NCBI GenBank assembly: GCA_016214895.1
Contig: JACRMR010000025.1
Location: 142,222-206,221 of the forward strand
Direction: 5' to 3'
Length of the DNA stretch: 64,000 nt
From: Candidatus Zhuqueibacterota bacterium
Lineage (GTDB): Bacteria > Electryoneota > RPQS01
Positions 25,637-33,254 of the stretch are shown in pieces. Numbering within the stretch: position 1 is the stretch's first letter; each line of letters opens with the position of its first letter. The notes beneath the pieces are model-generated. The model was not told where the DNA came from, made no database searches, and worked only from the letters and a program-made list of their open reading frames with translations. A program made the translations under genes and the position numbers.

Positions 25637-25888
25637 TTACTTATCCTTCCCGTGGTTCGGTGCGTTGTCGCCACAGCCGCTTGCAGGCGGTCGTGAACAG
25701 CCGCATTATTGCGTAAACATGAATTTAGCACTCAAGAGGCGCGCTTGCAACGCGGACGCCGGATTCGCCAGAAACTCTCTCCGCCTCGCATACCCATGTT
25801 TACCGTTTACTTAGACGGCATGCGTGGGTCAGGATTGTCGCGGAGAGGCGTGGCGGACCATCAACAGGCACTTACGTCGTGCGCCGCA

Positions 25889-26242
25889 CTACGGCGTCCA
25901 GCGATACAGTAGCCTACGTTGTGCGGCAACGAAACGATAGACGCGATCTGCAATTCTCGCGGCAATCCGGTAGCGGCGATACACCCGAATCCAATGAACG
26001 TGAACCCCCCCGCGACAGGCGACCATGCCGAGCACCGCTTCAGCGCCGCCCAATAGCTCACCGGTCGGCAACCGGAGCTTCGCTTCGCGCGCGCACTCTG
26101 CCGCTTCGACCCCAAGCGCAAGGACATCGGCGGTCTGGTAAGGCACGAAGTCCACTCGGCCTCGCGTCCAGCGCTGCCAACGTATCGCCCAGCGAATGCA
26201 GAAGGCGCACGCCCCGTCATAAACGAATATCGCTCGGTTCAT
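25889..26242 (-). CDS. DCC1-like thiol-disulfide oxidoreductase family protein (DUF393)
   Basis: Start chosen at MNRAIFVYDGACAFCIRW, which contains the family DG-x-C-x-x-C motif. 117 aa. Confidence 0.65.
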   Translation of the reverse strand: MNRAIFVYDGACAFCIRWAIRWQRWTRGRVDFVPYQTADVLALGVEAAECAREAKLRLPTGELLGGAEAVLGMVACRGGVHVHWIRVYRRYRIAARIADRVYRFVAAQRRLLYRWTP

Positions 26243-26400
26243 GGCTGAATCTAACTGACACACGGCAGGAATGCAAGCGACCTGCACTTCGATTGCATTT
26301 CGCTTGCAGAGTCGGTAAATTGTGAACGGTGGGTTGACTACGCCCGCTCACTACGGACAGCTCGGGTCTGCATGATTACGTTGACTAATTCCAGGAGTAT

Positions 26401-28350
26401 ATGATGAGCCGAATCCAGCATTCTGTCCTGCTCTTGCTCGCGATCGCGTCGCTGTCGGCGTACGGTGCTGTGCCCGCCCTGCTGAACTACCAAGGGTCCG
26501 TCACAGACACTGCGGGTTCCGTACTGGACACCACCGTGTCCATGACCTTTGCGCTATACGACAGTGCGGTCGGTGGCGCCGCGCTTTGGAGTGAGACCCA
26601 GCCGGCGGTAGCAGTGACCTCCGGACTGTTTCACACGCTGTTGGGATCCGGCAATCCGCTGCCGGACTCGGCATTCGCTTCACCGGACCTGTATCTCGGC
26701 GTCCAACTCGGCGCGAATCTCGAAGCGACTCCCCGCCAACGAATCGTCAGCAATGGGTATGCGTTTCGCGTGAATAGCGTGAACGGCGCGCTGGGCGGAG
26801 CCATTACGGGCAATCTCGTGATCAACGGCTCGACCACGGCCAATGATCGACTGACCGTGTCGCCCGGCGATAACGACACGACTTTCATCTACTCCAATGC
26901 CGCGCTTACCGAAGGAGTCTTCCTCCCGGCAGGACAGAGCTGCTGGCAGTCCGTTGACGTCGCTGAAAACTGTGGCGGCGGTGCGCCGATCACGTCGGTT
27001 GACGGCCTAACCGGGGGCACCATCACCAGTGATCTCTCCGTATCCGGCCGCTTCAACTCCGGCGCCGCGAGCAATTTGAATCCGGGCACGCTTGCCATGG
27101 TCATGGGGGCCAACAATCGAGCGCGCGGACTGTATTCCACGGTCGGCGGCGGCGGCGGCGCATCCGCGGCGGACTCGAATGCCGCCAACGGCAACTACTC
27201 CGTTGTCAACGGTGGGATCAGAAATTCCGCGACCGGAATTGAATCCATCGTCGGCGGAGGACGCGGAAACAGCGCGCGCGGAACAAACTCCACGATTGCC
27301 GGCGGATTCTACAATCAGGCCAGCGGAGTGAGCGCCACCGTCGGTGGTGGCGGCGGCGCCGCCGCGGTGGATTCCAATCATGCGTCCGGCGGCTATAGCG
27401 TAGTCAGCGGTGGTCGCCGCAATGGCGCCTCGTCGCTCTATACCGGCGTACACGGCGGTTACACCAATCTGGCCCAGGACACCCTGGCAACCATCTGCGG
27501 GGGGTCCGACAACTCGGCCACGGGAGATACGTCGTTTGTCGGCGGTGGATATTCCAATCTGAATGCGGGTGACTGCGGCGTGATTACGGGCGGATATGAC
27601 AACGGCATCAGCTCCGCGGGCGAATTCGCCACGGTCGGCGGCGGCATTTCGAACAACGCAAACGGGCTGTCTTCCGCCGTGGGCGGCGGCAGCGGAAACT
27701 CCGCGTCAGGTCGGGGCGCGACTATCAGCGGCGGATACTCGAATGTCGCCAACGACAACTACGCGACGGTGCCCGGCGGATTCGGCAACACGGCGAGCGG
27801 CAGATACTCGCTGGCGGCGGGGAAGCTCGCGATTGCCGACGATGACGGGGCCTTCGTCTGGTGCGATACCACCGAGACGCTGAACTCCAACGGCGCAAAT
27901 ACATTCACCGTCCGTGCCACCAGCGGCTTTCGCTTTCATACCGGTCCCGGCACGACCAACGGACTGCAGGTGGCCGCCGGCGGAAGTACCTGGAGTTCGC
28001 TTTCCGATTCGACCAAGAAGCGGAACATCCGGCTGGTGGACTCGCGTGACATGTTGGAGCGCGTGAAAGAGCTGCCCATCAAACGCTGGAGCTACAAGAC
28101 ACAAGATCCGTCCATCGAGCACATCGGACCGATGGCGCAGGATTTCTGGCGGCTCTTCCAGGTCGGTGATGATTCGCTGGGAATCTCCACGCATGATCCC
28201 GCCGGCATCGCGTTGGCCGCGATTCAAGAACTGATCAAACAAAACGAAGAGCTGCGAACGCAAGTCAAATTACTTGCGGATGACGTCCGCGAGCTGAAAG
28301 CCGCCCGCGACCGTGAGCAAACCATGAAGCTGAGCTCGAACGTCCGATAG
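26401..28350 (+). CDS. surface protein with YadA-head-like G-x-x-S-x-V-x-GG repeats and C-terminal peptidase S74 (tail-fiber intramolecular chaperone) domain
   Basis: 649-aa ORF with SD AGGAG and a signal peptide. More than 10 degenerate repeats of the type NSATGxxSxVGGGxxNSA. The C-terminus LSDSTKKRNIRLVD...LPIKRWSYK...IGPMAQDF...AIQEL plus a coiled coil is the S74 pattern. Confidence 0.7.
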   Translation: MMSRIQHSVLLLLAIASLSAYGAVPALLNYQGSVTDTAGSVLDTTVSMTFALYDSAVGGAALWSETQPAVAVTSGLFHTLLGSGNPLPDSAFASPDLYLGVQLGANLEATPRQRIVSNGYAFRVNSVNGALGGAITGNLVINGSTTANDRLTVSPGDNDTTFIYSNAALTEGVFLPAGQSCWQSVDVAENCGGGAPITSVDGLTGGTITSDLSVSGRFNSGAASNLNPGTLAMVMGANNRARGLYSTVGGGGGASAADSNAANGNYSVVNGGIRNSATGIESIVGGGRGNSARGTNSTIAGGFYNQASGVSATVGGGGGAAAVDSNHASGGYSVVSGGRRNGASSLYTGVHGGYTNLAQDTLATICGGSDNSATGDTSFVGGGYSNLNAGDCGVITGGYDNGISSAGEFATVGGGISNNANGLSSAVGGGSGNSASGRGATISGGYSNVANDNYATVPGGFGNTASGRYSLAAGKLAIADDDGAFVWCDTTETLNSNGANTFTVRATSGFRFHTGPGTTNGLQVAAGGSTWSSLSDSTKKRNIRLVDSRDMLERVKELPIKRWSYKTQDPSIEHIGPMAQDFWRLFQVGDDSLGISTHDPAGIALAAIQELIKQNEELRTQVKLLADDVRELKAARDREQTMKLSSNVR

Positions 28351-28379
28351 GCCAGAATCGCAAATTCACGATATGCAAC

Positions 28380-28404
28380 GGGGCAGGTCACATCGACCTG
28401 CCCC
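28380..28404. terminator. hairpin between convergent genes
   Basis: GGGGCAGGTC-ACATC-GACCTGCCCC, a perfect 10-bp stem. U tracts are weak on both strands. Confidence 0.4.
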
Positions 28405-28441
28405 TTGCAGTTCCGGCAACCGGCCGCTGCCGTCAACGCAA

Positions 28442-29566
28442 CTACCGCGACAAATTCTCCGGATTCATGCCCAGAAACGCCTCGTGGACGAAGCGCCCGT
28501 CCTTGCGGATCAGCACGTCGTCGAAGTAGATTTCGCCGCCGCCGTAATCGGGTCGCTGTATCATCACCAAATCCCAATGGATCGCCGAACGATTGCCGTT
28601 ATCCGCCTCCGCCTCGTAGGCCTTGCCCGGCGTGAAATGCATCGATCCGTTGATCTTTTCGTCAAACAGAATGTCATCCATCGGATCCATGATGTGCGGA
28701 TGAAAGCCCAGCGAAAACTCGCCGACATACCGCGCGCCCTCGTCGGTGTTGAAGACCTCGTTGATGCGCTTCGTATCGTTGGCGGTGGCCTCGACGATCT
28801 TACCCCGCTCGAACCGCAGGCGGATGTTCTCAAACGTGAAGCCGCGATAGGTGGACGGACAATTATAATGAATAACCCCCTCAACCGAATCGCGCACGGG
28901 AGCCGTGAACAGCTCAAGATCGGGAATGTTCATGACTCCGCAGCACGGAGTCACTCCGATATTCTTGATCGAAAACTTCAGATCGGTGTCCGCCGGGCCC
29001 TTAATGTGCACGCGATCCGTCTTCCGCATGAACGCCGCCGCCGGCTGTACCGCGCGATCCGCCTGCGCCCAATCCACGCCGACGCAAACCCGGTAGTAGA
29101 AATCCTCAAACGCTGCGGTGGACATGCGGGCGAGTTGCGCCAATGGACCCGACGGGAAGCGCAGCACCACCCAGCGCTTCTTCATGCGCTCCAGCATGTG
29201 AACCGGATACATCCAGTGCGTTTCATAGAGCGACATCTGCTCGCCGGGAACATCCGTCATTTCCTTGGCGTTCGTGACGCCGCGCACCGCAATGTAAGCA
29301 TCCACGCGTTTCATCCGGTCGAGTTCGCAGTCGCCGATGAACTTCATGCGAGCTTCGGTCGCGTTCAGATACAACGCGCGCTGAGTCGCCGCCATCTTCT
29401 GCTCCAGGACCGGAAAACCGCCCGCCGCGCATATCGTGTCGATCAGCGTGCCGATGAATTCCGGACCCACGTCCGTCGTCTCGACGAGGACCTTTTGGCC
29501 GGGCTTCAGTTTGAGGGAATGATGAACCAGTACTTTCGCCAAATCAACATGACGCGGGTCTTTCAT
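28442..29566 (-). CDS. aminopeptidase, M29 (AmpS/PepS) family
   Basis: 374-aa ORF. The N-terminus MKDPRHVDLAKVLVHHSLKLKPGQKVLV and the overall length are typical of thermophilic metalloprotease M29. Confidence 0.75.
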   Translation of the reverse strand: MKDPRHVDLAKVLVHHSLKLKPGQKVLVETTDVGPEFIGTLIDTICAAGGFPVLEQKMAATQRALYLNATEARMKFIGDCELDRMKRVDAYIAVRGVTNAKEMTDVPGEQMSLYETHWMYPVHMLERMKKRWVVLRFPSGPLAQLARMSTAAFEDFYYRVCVGVDWAQADRAVQPAAAFMRKTDRVHIKGPADTDLKFSIKNIGVTPCCGVMNIPDLELFTAPVRDSVEGVIHYNCPSTYRGFTFENIRLRFERGKIVEATANDTKRINEVFNTDEGARYVGEFSLGFHPHIMDPMDDILFDEKINGSMHFTPGKAYEAEADNGNRSAIHWDLVMIQRPDYGGGEIYFDDVLIRKDGRFVHEAFLGMNPENLSR

Positions 29567-29787
29567 GACAGGGACCTTTCCAATCCGTTAGGAATCCGTT
29601 TCCAAAATATACTGATTTTGTCAGCGTGACTCAAGCCCACGGCGCCGGGTTGGCCGGCCGATGAAAACTACCTTACCGAATGTTATACTGAGCTTTGTGC
29701 GATCAAGCGCCTCGCCGTCCAGAAATCCCGGAGGCGAACCCCGTCTTTCCCTGTCGATCTATATCAAACCCATCCGAGCTACCGGCG

Positions 29788-29937
29788 GTGATCGAAAGGC
29801 ATGAACTCAACCGGCACTGGTGGAACGACCTGACTCCCGCCCACGTGAGCAGCAAATTCTACGATGTGCCGCGATTTCTCGCCGGGGACACGAGCCTTGA
29901 TGAAATTGAACTCGCAGCCTTCGACACTGTCCGCAAC
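29788..29937 (+). pseudogene. N-terminal remnant (~50 codons) of a class I SAM-dependent methyltransferase
   Basis: Translation VIERHELNRHWWNDLTPAHVSSKFYDVPRFLAGDTSLDEIELAAFDTVRN matches the conserved N-terminal pattern (HW..R...H..S.FYD...FLAG...L..IEL.....) of a common methyltransferase family. No Rossmann G-x-G-x-G region follows. The frame runs into the 3' end of lpd on the opposite strand. Confidence 0.45.
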
Positions 29938-29944
29938 CCGGGCG

Positions 29945-31342
29945 TCAGGCGTGAATCGCGCGATTCCCGGTTGCTGCAAGGCACGCTTCCCGAATTGCCT
30001 CGGTGAATGTGGGGTGAGCATGGGATGTCCGCGCAATGTCCTCCGCGCTGGCACGAAACTCAAGCGCCACGACGGCCTCGGCGATCATGTCGGCCGCGCG
30101 CGCGCCGAACATGTGAACACCGAGCAGTTCGTCCGTGCGGTTGTCCGCCAGCACCTTGATCAAGCCGTCGCTTTCATTGGCAGCCCGGGCGCGGCCCAGC
30201 GCCTTGAAGGAGAAGCTGCCGCTCTTGTAGTCGCGACCGGCCGTCCGCAACTCCTCCTCGGTCGCGCCCACACTCGCCACTTCGGGCCAGGTGTAAACCA
30301 CGTCGGGAATCGTCGAATAGTTGAGGTGCGGCTTCTGACCGTCCGCCTGTTCCGCAACGAAGATGCCTTCTTCTTCGGCCTTATGCGCAAGCATCTTGCC
30401 GCCGATCACGTCACCGATCGCGAACACGCCCGGGACATTCGTTTCGAGACGCTCATTGACCCTGACAAATCCGCGCTCCATCACAACGCCAATCGCGGCC
30501 AGACCCAAATTGTCCGTGTACGGACGTCGGCCCACGGCCACCAGACCGTAGTCAGCTTTCAATTGCAGCGCCTGGCCGTCGGGATCGGTGACATCGACCC
30601 GGACTCCCTTCTTCTCCGCCGACGCCTTGACCACTTTGTGACCCAGATAGAACTTGACGCCCAGTTTGGTCAGCGAGCGCTGCAGCTCTTTGCCCATCGT
30701 GCGGTCCATGTTCGGGATGACTGCGTCGAGCAGCTCGACAATGTGGACCTTCGTCCCGACCCGCGCAAATACGGAACCCAGTTCGACACCGATCACGCCG
30801 GCACCGATAATGACCAATTCGCCCGGAATCTCCGAAAGCGACAGCGCCTCCGTGGAGCTGATCAGGCGCTTCTTGTCCAGCGGCGCGAACGGCAGGCTGA
30901 CTGGCTTCGAGCCCGTCGCAATAATGGTCTTGGACGTCGCCAATACGTGTGCCGAACCATCGCGCTTCGCCACGGAGATCGACGTCGGCGTCAGGAACGT
31001 GCCATGCCCCTCATACACGTCGATCTTGTGCTTCTTCATCAGATAGGCGATGCCCGCGACAGAGTCCTTCAGGACCTTCTCCTTGCGCGCGAGCAGTTGC
31101 GGCCAGTTGAGCTTGAGGCCGGTCGCCTCGATGCCGTGCGTCTTGAAATGCTCGACCGCATTGTGGTAGAGCTCCGTCGAGTCCAAGAGTGCTTTGGACG
31201 GGATGCAACCCACGTTCAAGCAGGTGCCGCCGAGTGCCGCGTAACGTTCGACGATCGCCGTCTTCATACCCAATTGCGCGCAACGGATCGCGGCCACGTA
31301 TCCGCCGGGGCCTGATCCGATTACCGTCATGTCATAAGTCAT
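29945..31342 (-). CDS. lpdA: dihydrolipoyl dehydrogenase (E3)
   Basis: 465-aa ORF. VIGSGPGGYVAAIRCAQLG FAD motif and the redox-active GGTCLNVGCIPSK. Confidence 0.9.
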   Translation of the reverse strand: MTYDMTVIGSGPGGYVAAIRCAQLGMKTAIVERYAALGGTCLNVGCIPSKALLDSTELYHNAVEHFKTHGIEATGLKLNWPQLLARKEKVLKDSVAGIAYLMKKHKIDVYEGHGTFLTPTSISVAKRDGSAHVLATSKTIIATGSKPVSLPFAPLDKKRLISSTEALSLSEIPGELVIIGAGVIGVELGSVFARVGTKVHIVELLDAVIPNMDRTMGKELQRSLTKLGVKFYLGHKVVKASAEKKGVRVDVTDPDGQALQLKADYGLVAVGRRPYTDNLGLAAIGVVMERGFVRVNERLETNVPGVFAIGDVIGGKMLAHKAEEEGIFVAEQADGQKPHLNYSTIPDVVYTWPEVASVGATEEELRTAGRDYKSGSFSFKALGRARAANESDGLIKVLADNRTDELLGVHMFGARAADMIAEAVVALEFRASAEDIARTSHAHPTFTEAIREACLAATGNRAIHA

Positions 31343-31521
31343 GTGCCGAAAGCGGGGTCGGTTCGATTATTTTTTTGACCAAACGAAATGGACCTAAACA
31401 TTGAATATGTAAAGAATAAGCCCAAAGGAATGAGTGCGAAAAAGTGGCTCAAAAGTGCGGAAGCGGGATCGGCTTGGGTACATCAGGCGCGGGGATCCGA
31501 GAATCAGTGGTCAAGTTGCAT

Positions 31522-31550
31522 AATATACGGAATCGCAGCGCCGTTGTCAA
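31522..31550 (-). promoter_or_regulatory. strong sigma70-like promoter with A/T-rich UP-like element, reading into lpd
   Basis: Minus strand reads TTGACA (31550..31545), 17-nt spacer, TATATT (31527..31522). Preceded by AATAAAAACGTACAATATAATAAAATTTTC. Confidence 0.55.
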
Positions 31551-31647
31551 GAGAAAATTTTATTATATTGTACGTTTTTATTGAACATAGGAACTTAGGA
31601 GAGGCTTTGGGCCGGAGAGAGCCTGCGATTCGGTCTGAGCTCCTGAA

Positions 31648-31875
31648 GGGGCACTTGAAGACAAGTGCCGCCGCGAAAAGGACTCCGATGGGGCACTTGG
31701 AGACAAGGGCCGCCAAGATGTGGGCCGCCGGGACGCTTTCGGCCCGATGGGGCGCTTGGAGACAAGTGCCGCCAAGATGCTGGGCTGCCGCGATGCTTTC
31801 GGCCCGATGGGGCACTTGGAGACAAGTGCCGCCGCGAAAAGAACTCCGATGGGGCACTTGGAGACAAGCGCCGCC
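31648..31875. repeat. array of five 25-bp palindromic repeats (GGGGCACTTGGAGACAAGTGCCGCC) with alternating 17-nt and 34/35-nt spacers
   Basis: Copies at 31648, 31690, 31749, 31809 and 31851, with 1-2 substitutions each. Each folds as GGCACTTG-GAGA-CAAGTGCC. Spacer order is A(17)-B(34)-B'(35)-A'(17), and A/A' and B/B' are near-identical. Confidence 0.9.
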
Positions 31876-31964
31876 GCGATGCTGAACCGCCGGGATGCTG
31901 GGGCGCCGGGAATACTGGCTTCGCAGCGATCATTGGACTGGCCCACCAAGGTGGGCGCTACCGG

Positions 31965-33203
31965 CTATATATTCAGCAGAAGCCGAATCGGATCTTCAAT
32001 CAACTCTTTGATCCGCTTGAGAAACCCGACGGACTCGCGACCGTCGATCACCCGATGATCATAGGACAACGCCACGTACATCATCGGCCGGATGACGACT
32101 TCGCCGTTCAAAGCGATGGGGCGATCAACGATATTGTGCATGCCGAGGATGCCGCTCTGCGGGGGATTCAGGATCGGCGTGGACATCAGGTTGCCGAACA
32201 CACCGCCGTTGGAAATCGTAAATGTGCCGCCGGTCATTTCGTCAACCGTCAACTGGTTCGTCCGCGCGCGGGCGGCCAGCCGGTCAATCTCGCGCTCGAT
32301 GTCCTCGAAACTCAGAGTCTCGGCGTTACGCACGACCGGGACGACTAAGCCCTTCGGCGCCTGTACCGCGATGCCCAGATCAATGTAGTCGTGAAAGACA
32401 AACTCGTCACCGTCGATGAAGGCGTTCACGGCAGGATACTGCTGGAGCGCCGCAATCGCCGCGCGCGAGAAGAACGACATGAAGCCGAGGCCGATCCCGT
32501 ACTGCTCCTTGAACCTGTCTTTGTATTCCTTACGCACGGCCAGGCACCTGCTCATGTCGATCTCGTTGAAGGTCGTGAGCATCGCCGTCGTGTTCTTCGC
32601 CGCCACGAGCCGCGCAGAGACCGTCTGCCGCAACTTGCTCATCGGTTGGCGACGTTCGCCGCGCTCACCCGCGCGGGTCTGTGCCCGCGGGACCGGGGGC
32701 GTTGCCGCCGCGACCAACGGGGCCGCGGTGAGAGGTTTAGACGGAGCATCCAGCGCGTCGGCCTTCGTGACCCGGCCGCCGCGCCCCGAACCGTTCACAT
32801 CGGCGGGAGACAGGCCGCGCTCTTCGAGAATCTTCCTCGCCGCCGGCGACGGGACACCCTCCGCGTACGACTCCGCTGTGACGGATGGTTTGGTTGCCGG
32901 TGGCACGGGTGGCGCGGCGATCAGCGGGGCCGGCGCCGGCGGCGCGGTCCCCGTCGAATCGGGAACCACCGAGGTGTCCAGCTGCGCGGCGACCGCACCG
33001 ACTCGCACGGTCTGTCCCTGCGGAATGACGATGCGGAGCTTGCCGTCCGCTTCGGCCGAGACCCCAAGCGTGGCCTTGTCGGACTCGATTTCGAACAGCT
33101 CCTCGTTCCGGCGAACGAAGTCCCCGTCGCGCTTCAGCCAGGCCGAAATAGTCACTTCGGTCACGGACTCGCCGGGGCTGGGGATCGTGATATCCAAGGG
33201 CAT
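31965..33203 (-). CDS. sucB: dihydrolipoyllysine-residue succinyltransferase (E2o)
   Basis: Start at [24 protein letters not shown], the lipoyl domain with ESDKA. Pro/Ala linker, E3-binding domain, and a catalytic C-terminus with the DHRVIDG motif. Confidence 0.85.
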   Translation of the reverse strand: MPLDITIPSPGESVTEVTISAWLKRDGDFVRRNEELFEIESDKATLGVSAEADGKLRIVIPQGQTVRVGAVAAQLDTSVVPDSTGTAPPAPAPLIAAPPVPPATKPSVTAESYAEGVPSPAARKILEERGLSPADVNGSGRGGRVTKADALDAPSKPLTAAPLVAAATPPVPRAQTRAGERGERRQPMSKLRQTVSARLVAAKNTTAMLTTFNEIDMSRCLAVRKEYKDRFKEQYGIGLGFMSFFSRAAIAALQQYPAVNAFIDGDEFVFHDYIDLGIAVQAPKGLVVPVVRNAETLSFEDIEREIDRLAARARTNQLTVDEMTGGTFTISNGGVFGNLMSTPILNPPQSGILGMHNIVDRPIALNGEVVIRPMMYVALSYDHRVIDGRESVGFLKRIKELIEDPIRLLLNI

Positions 33204-33254
33204 CAGTGTTCTGTTTCGGTTACTCAGGTGCGCGAATACGCCACACCGCACGGA

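Noticed and set aside
26401-28350. Prophage remnant, inferred from the tail-fiber S74 domain.
   Set aside because: No other phage-like genes (capsid, terminase, integrase, tail tube) are present within at least 10 kb on either side. The protein has a Sec signal peptide, consistent with a cellular surface fibre.
31360-31385. tRNA-like T-arm sequence GGTCGGTTCGATT followed by a T run.
   Set aside because: No acceptor, D or anticodon arms can be drawn. The sequence immediately abuts the lpd start codon and lies in its 5' leader.
31648-31875. Possible small CRISPR array (five 25-bp palindromic repeats).
   Set aside because: The spacers are only 17 and 34-35 nt. They are near-identical in pairs (A/A', B/B') rather than unique. 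There are no cas genes and no leader-like organisation. It is better described as a REP/BIME-like hairpin array.
31388-31885. 165-aa plus-strand ORF spanning the AT-rich island and the hairpin array.
   Set aside because: Its C-terminal half is just the translated repeat array (GHLETSAA... reiterated). There is no SD and no homology signal, and it crosses a promoter for the other strand.
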